Shown in pieces: positions 63,384 to 64,000 of a stretch of DNA of 64,000 nt. A program made the position numbers and the translations under genes. The stretch spans positions 128,001 through 192,000 of IMG/VR virus record IMGVR_UViG_3300043434_000734; one strand, given 5' to 3'. The DNA comes from a virus (Duplodnaviria > Caudoviricetes). Each line of letters begins with the position of its first letter. The stretch's first letter is position 1. The notes beneath the pieces were generated by a model. The model ran no database searches, was not told the DNA's origin, and saw only the letters and a program-made list of their open reading frames with translations.

Positions 63384-63998
63384 TTAGTTTAATCTCTCGT
63401 TGTAAAATTGGAAGAATTCCTGAAGATGTTTCTCTGACATTATACTTTTACCTTTTGGGATATTTTCACCTCTCATAAACGCATCAAAACAATATAGAGC
63501 TGTAGTACATATAACATTCTTTGCTATATTATAACAATCCGCTTTTGACCATATCTCTGAATATCTACCATATAATGTGGTATACACATAACTAACCCCA
63601 TCAATTACCTTATCGTTATTTATTTGAGTTATACCATTTTTAAAATTTTGGTACATTAAATCAAAACGTTTGTGGTTTACCCCATATTTTTTACCCACCA
63701 TTAATAAACAACCAAACATAACGGGACTATATCTCGTATCGGGATTTTGTTTTTTTGTGTTTTGGATACCCATTTTATCAATATGTGTGATAACATCCCA
63801 ATAGTATGGTAATTGTATATCCTCAAAACTTGAAGTCTGTAGGTAATTTCCTTTGTCGTCGTTACCATATCTACACGCAATTTCAACTGCTCTCTTGTAT
63901 TTTCCATCCTTTATAACCGGACTTTGTGGAACGTAGTCTTTATATCTGTGAATTCCTGTAATCTTTTCATTTGACTTTTCAACTGAATTATGACTATC
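63384..63998 (-). CDS. Hypothetical protein, 5'-partial (runs off window end)
   Basis: Frame of the 63384-63773 ORF stays open to the window edge (DSHNSVEKSNEK..YYWDVITHIDKMGIQ). Confidence 0.7.
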   Translation of the reverse strand, partial: DSHNSVEKSNEKITGIHRYKDYVPQSPVIKDGKYKRAVEIACRYGNDDKGNYLQTSSFEDIQLPYYWDVITHIDKMGIQNTKKQNPDTRYSPVMFGCLLMVGKKYGVNHKRFDLMYQNFKNGITQINNDKVIDGVSYVYTTLYGRYSEIWSKADCYNIAKNVICTTALYCFDAFMRGENIPKGKSIMSEKHLQEFFQFYNERLN

Positions 63999-64000
63999 AA

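Noticed and set aside
63701-63907. 68-aa ORF MENTREQ...
   Set aside because: Out-of-frame overlap with the longer ORF that stays open from 63384 to the window edge
1-64000. Alternative genetic code or suppressor tRNA, seen in some large phages
   Set aside because: No CTA, TTA or TCA anticodon among the tRNAs; TAG and TGA end intact genes; coding density is high under code 11
1-64000. CRISPR array, reverse transcriptase/DGR, retron, integrase or IS element
   Set aside because: No regularly spaced direct repeats and no RT, Cas, recombinase or transposase motifs were seen
1-64000. Bacterial chromosome or eukaryotic giant virus origin
   Set aside because: No housekeeping operons. Mixed-strand small ORFans, endolysins, an HNH in a tRNA array, tmRNA and Bacteroidota promoters fit a large phage

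Overview
This is a 64-kb, AT-rich (roughly 30% GC by eye), densely coding segment of a large (jumbo/huge) tailed dsDNA phage genome. The host is most likely a Bacteroidota species: TAnnTTTG -7 promoter boxes precede several transcription units, genes lack Shine-Dalgarno sites, and there are lipoproteins with D-S/T-x glycosylation sequons and T9SS-CTD-like domains. Standard genetic code; no core capsid or replication genes in this window. Contents: (1) a partial ClpC ATPase and an RNA-repair trio (kinase, Rnl1-type ligase, cyclic-phosphate receiver domain); (2) a minus-strand operon of about 9 kb of exported proteins (two CsgG-like, two cohesin/dockerin proteins, one with PA14, two stand-alone T9SS-CTD-like lipoproteins, membrane proteins); (3) a 7-kb RNA island with 26 canonical tRNAs covering all 20 amino acids, three oversized tRNA-like RNAs, leader-peptide/terminator attenuator-like modules, boxA sites and an HNH gene, followed by an ~800-nt GOLLD-like RNA and a tmRNA; (4) sugar-nucleotide and glycosyltransferase genes, SGNH-like paralogues and 2OG-Fe(II) oxygenases; (5) lysis and envelope enzymes; (6) many putative head-packaged proteins sharing an N-terminal 'I/L-T-E-x-Q ... 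L-x-E' peptide and an upstream TATTTATA motif. The best candidates for undescribed systems are the cohesin-dockerin/CsgG/CTD surface operon, the attenuator-gated tRNA array with giant tRNA-like RNAs, and a small RNA carrying a perfect complement of the Bacteroidota 16S 3' end. All family calls come from motif recognition by eye; no database searches were run.
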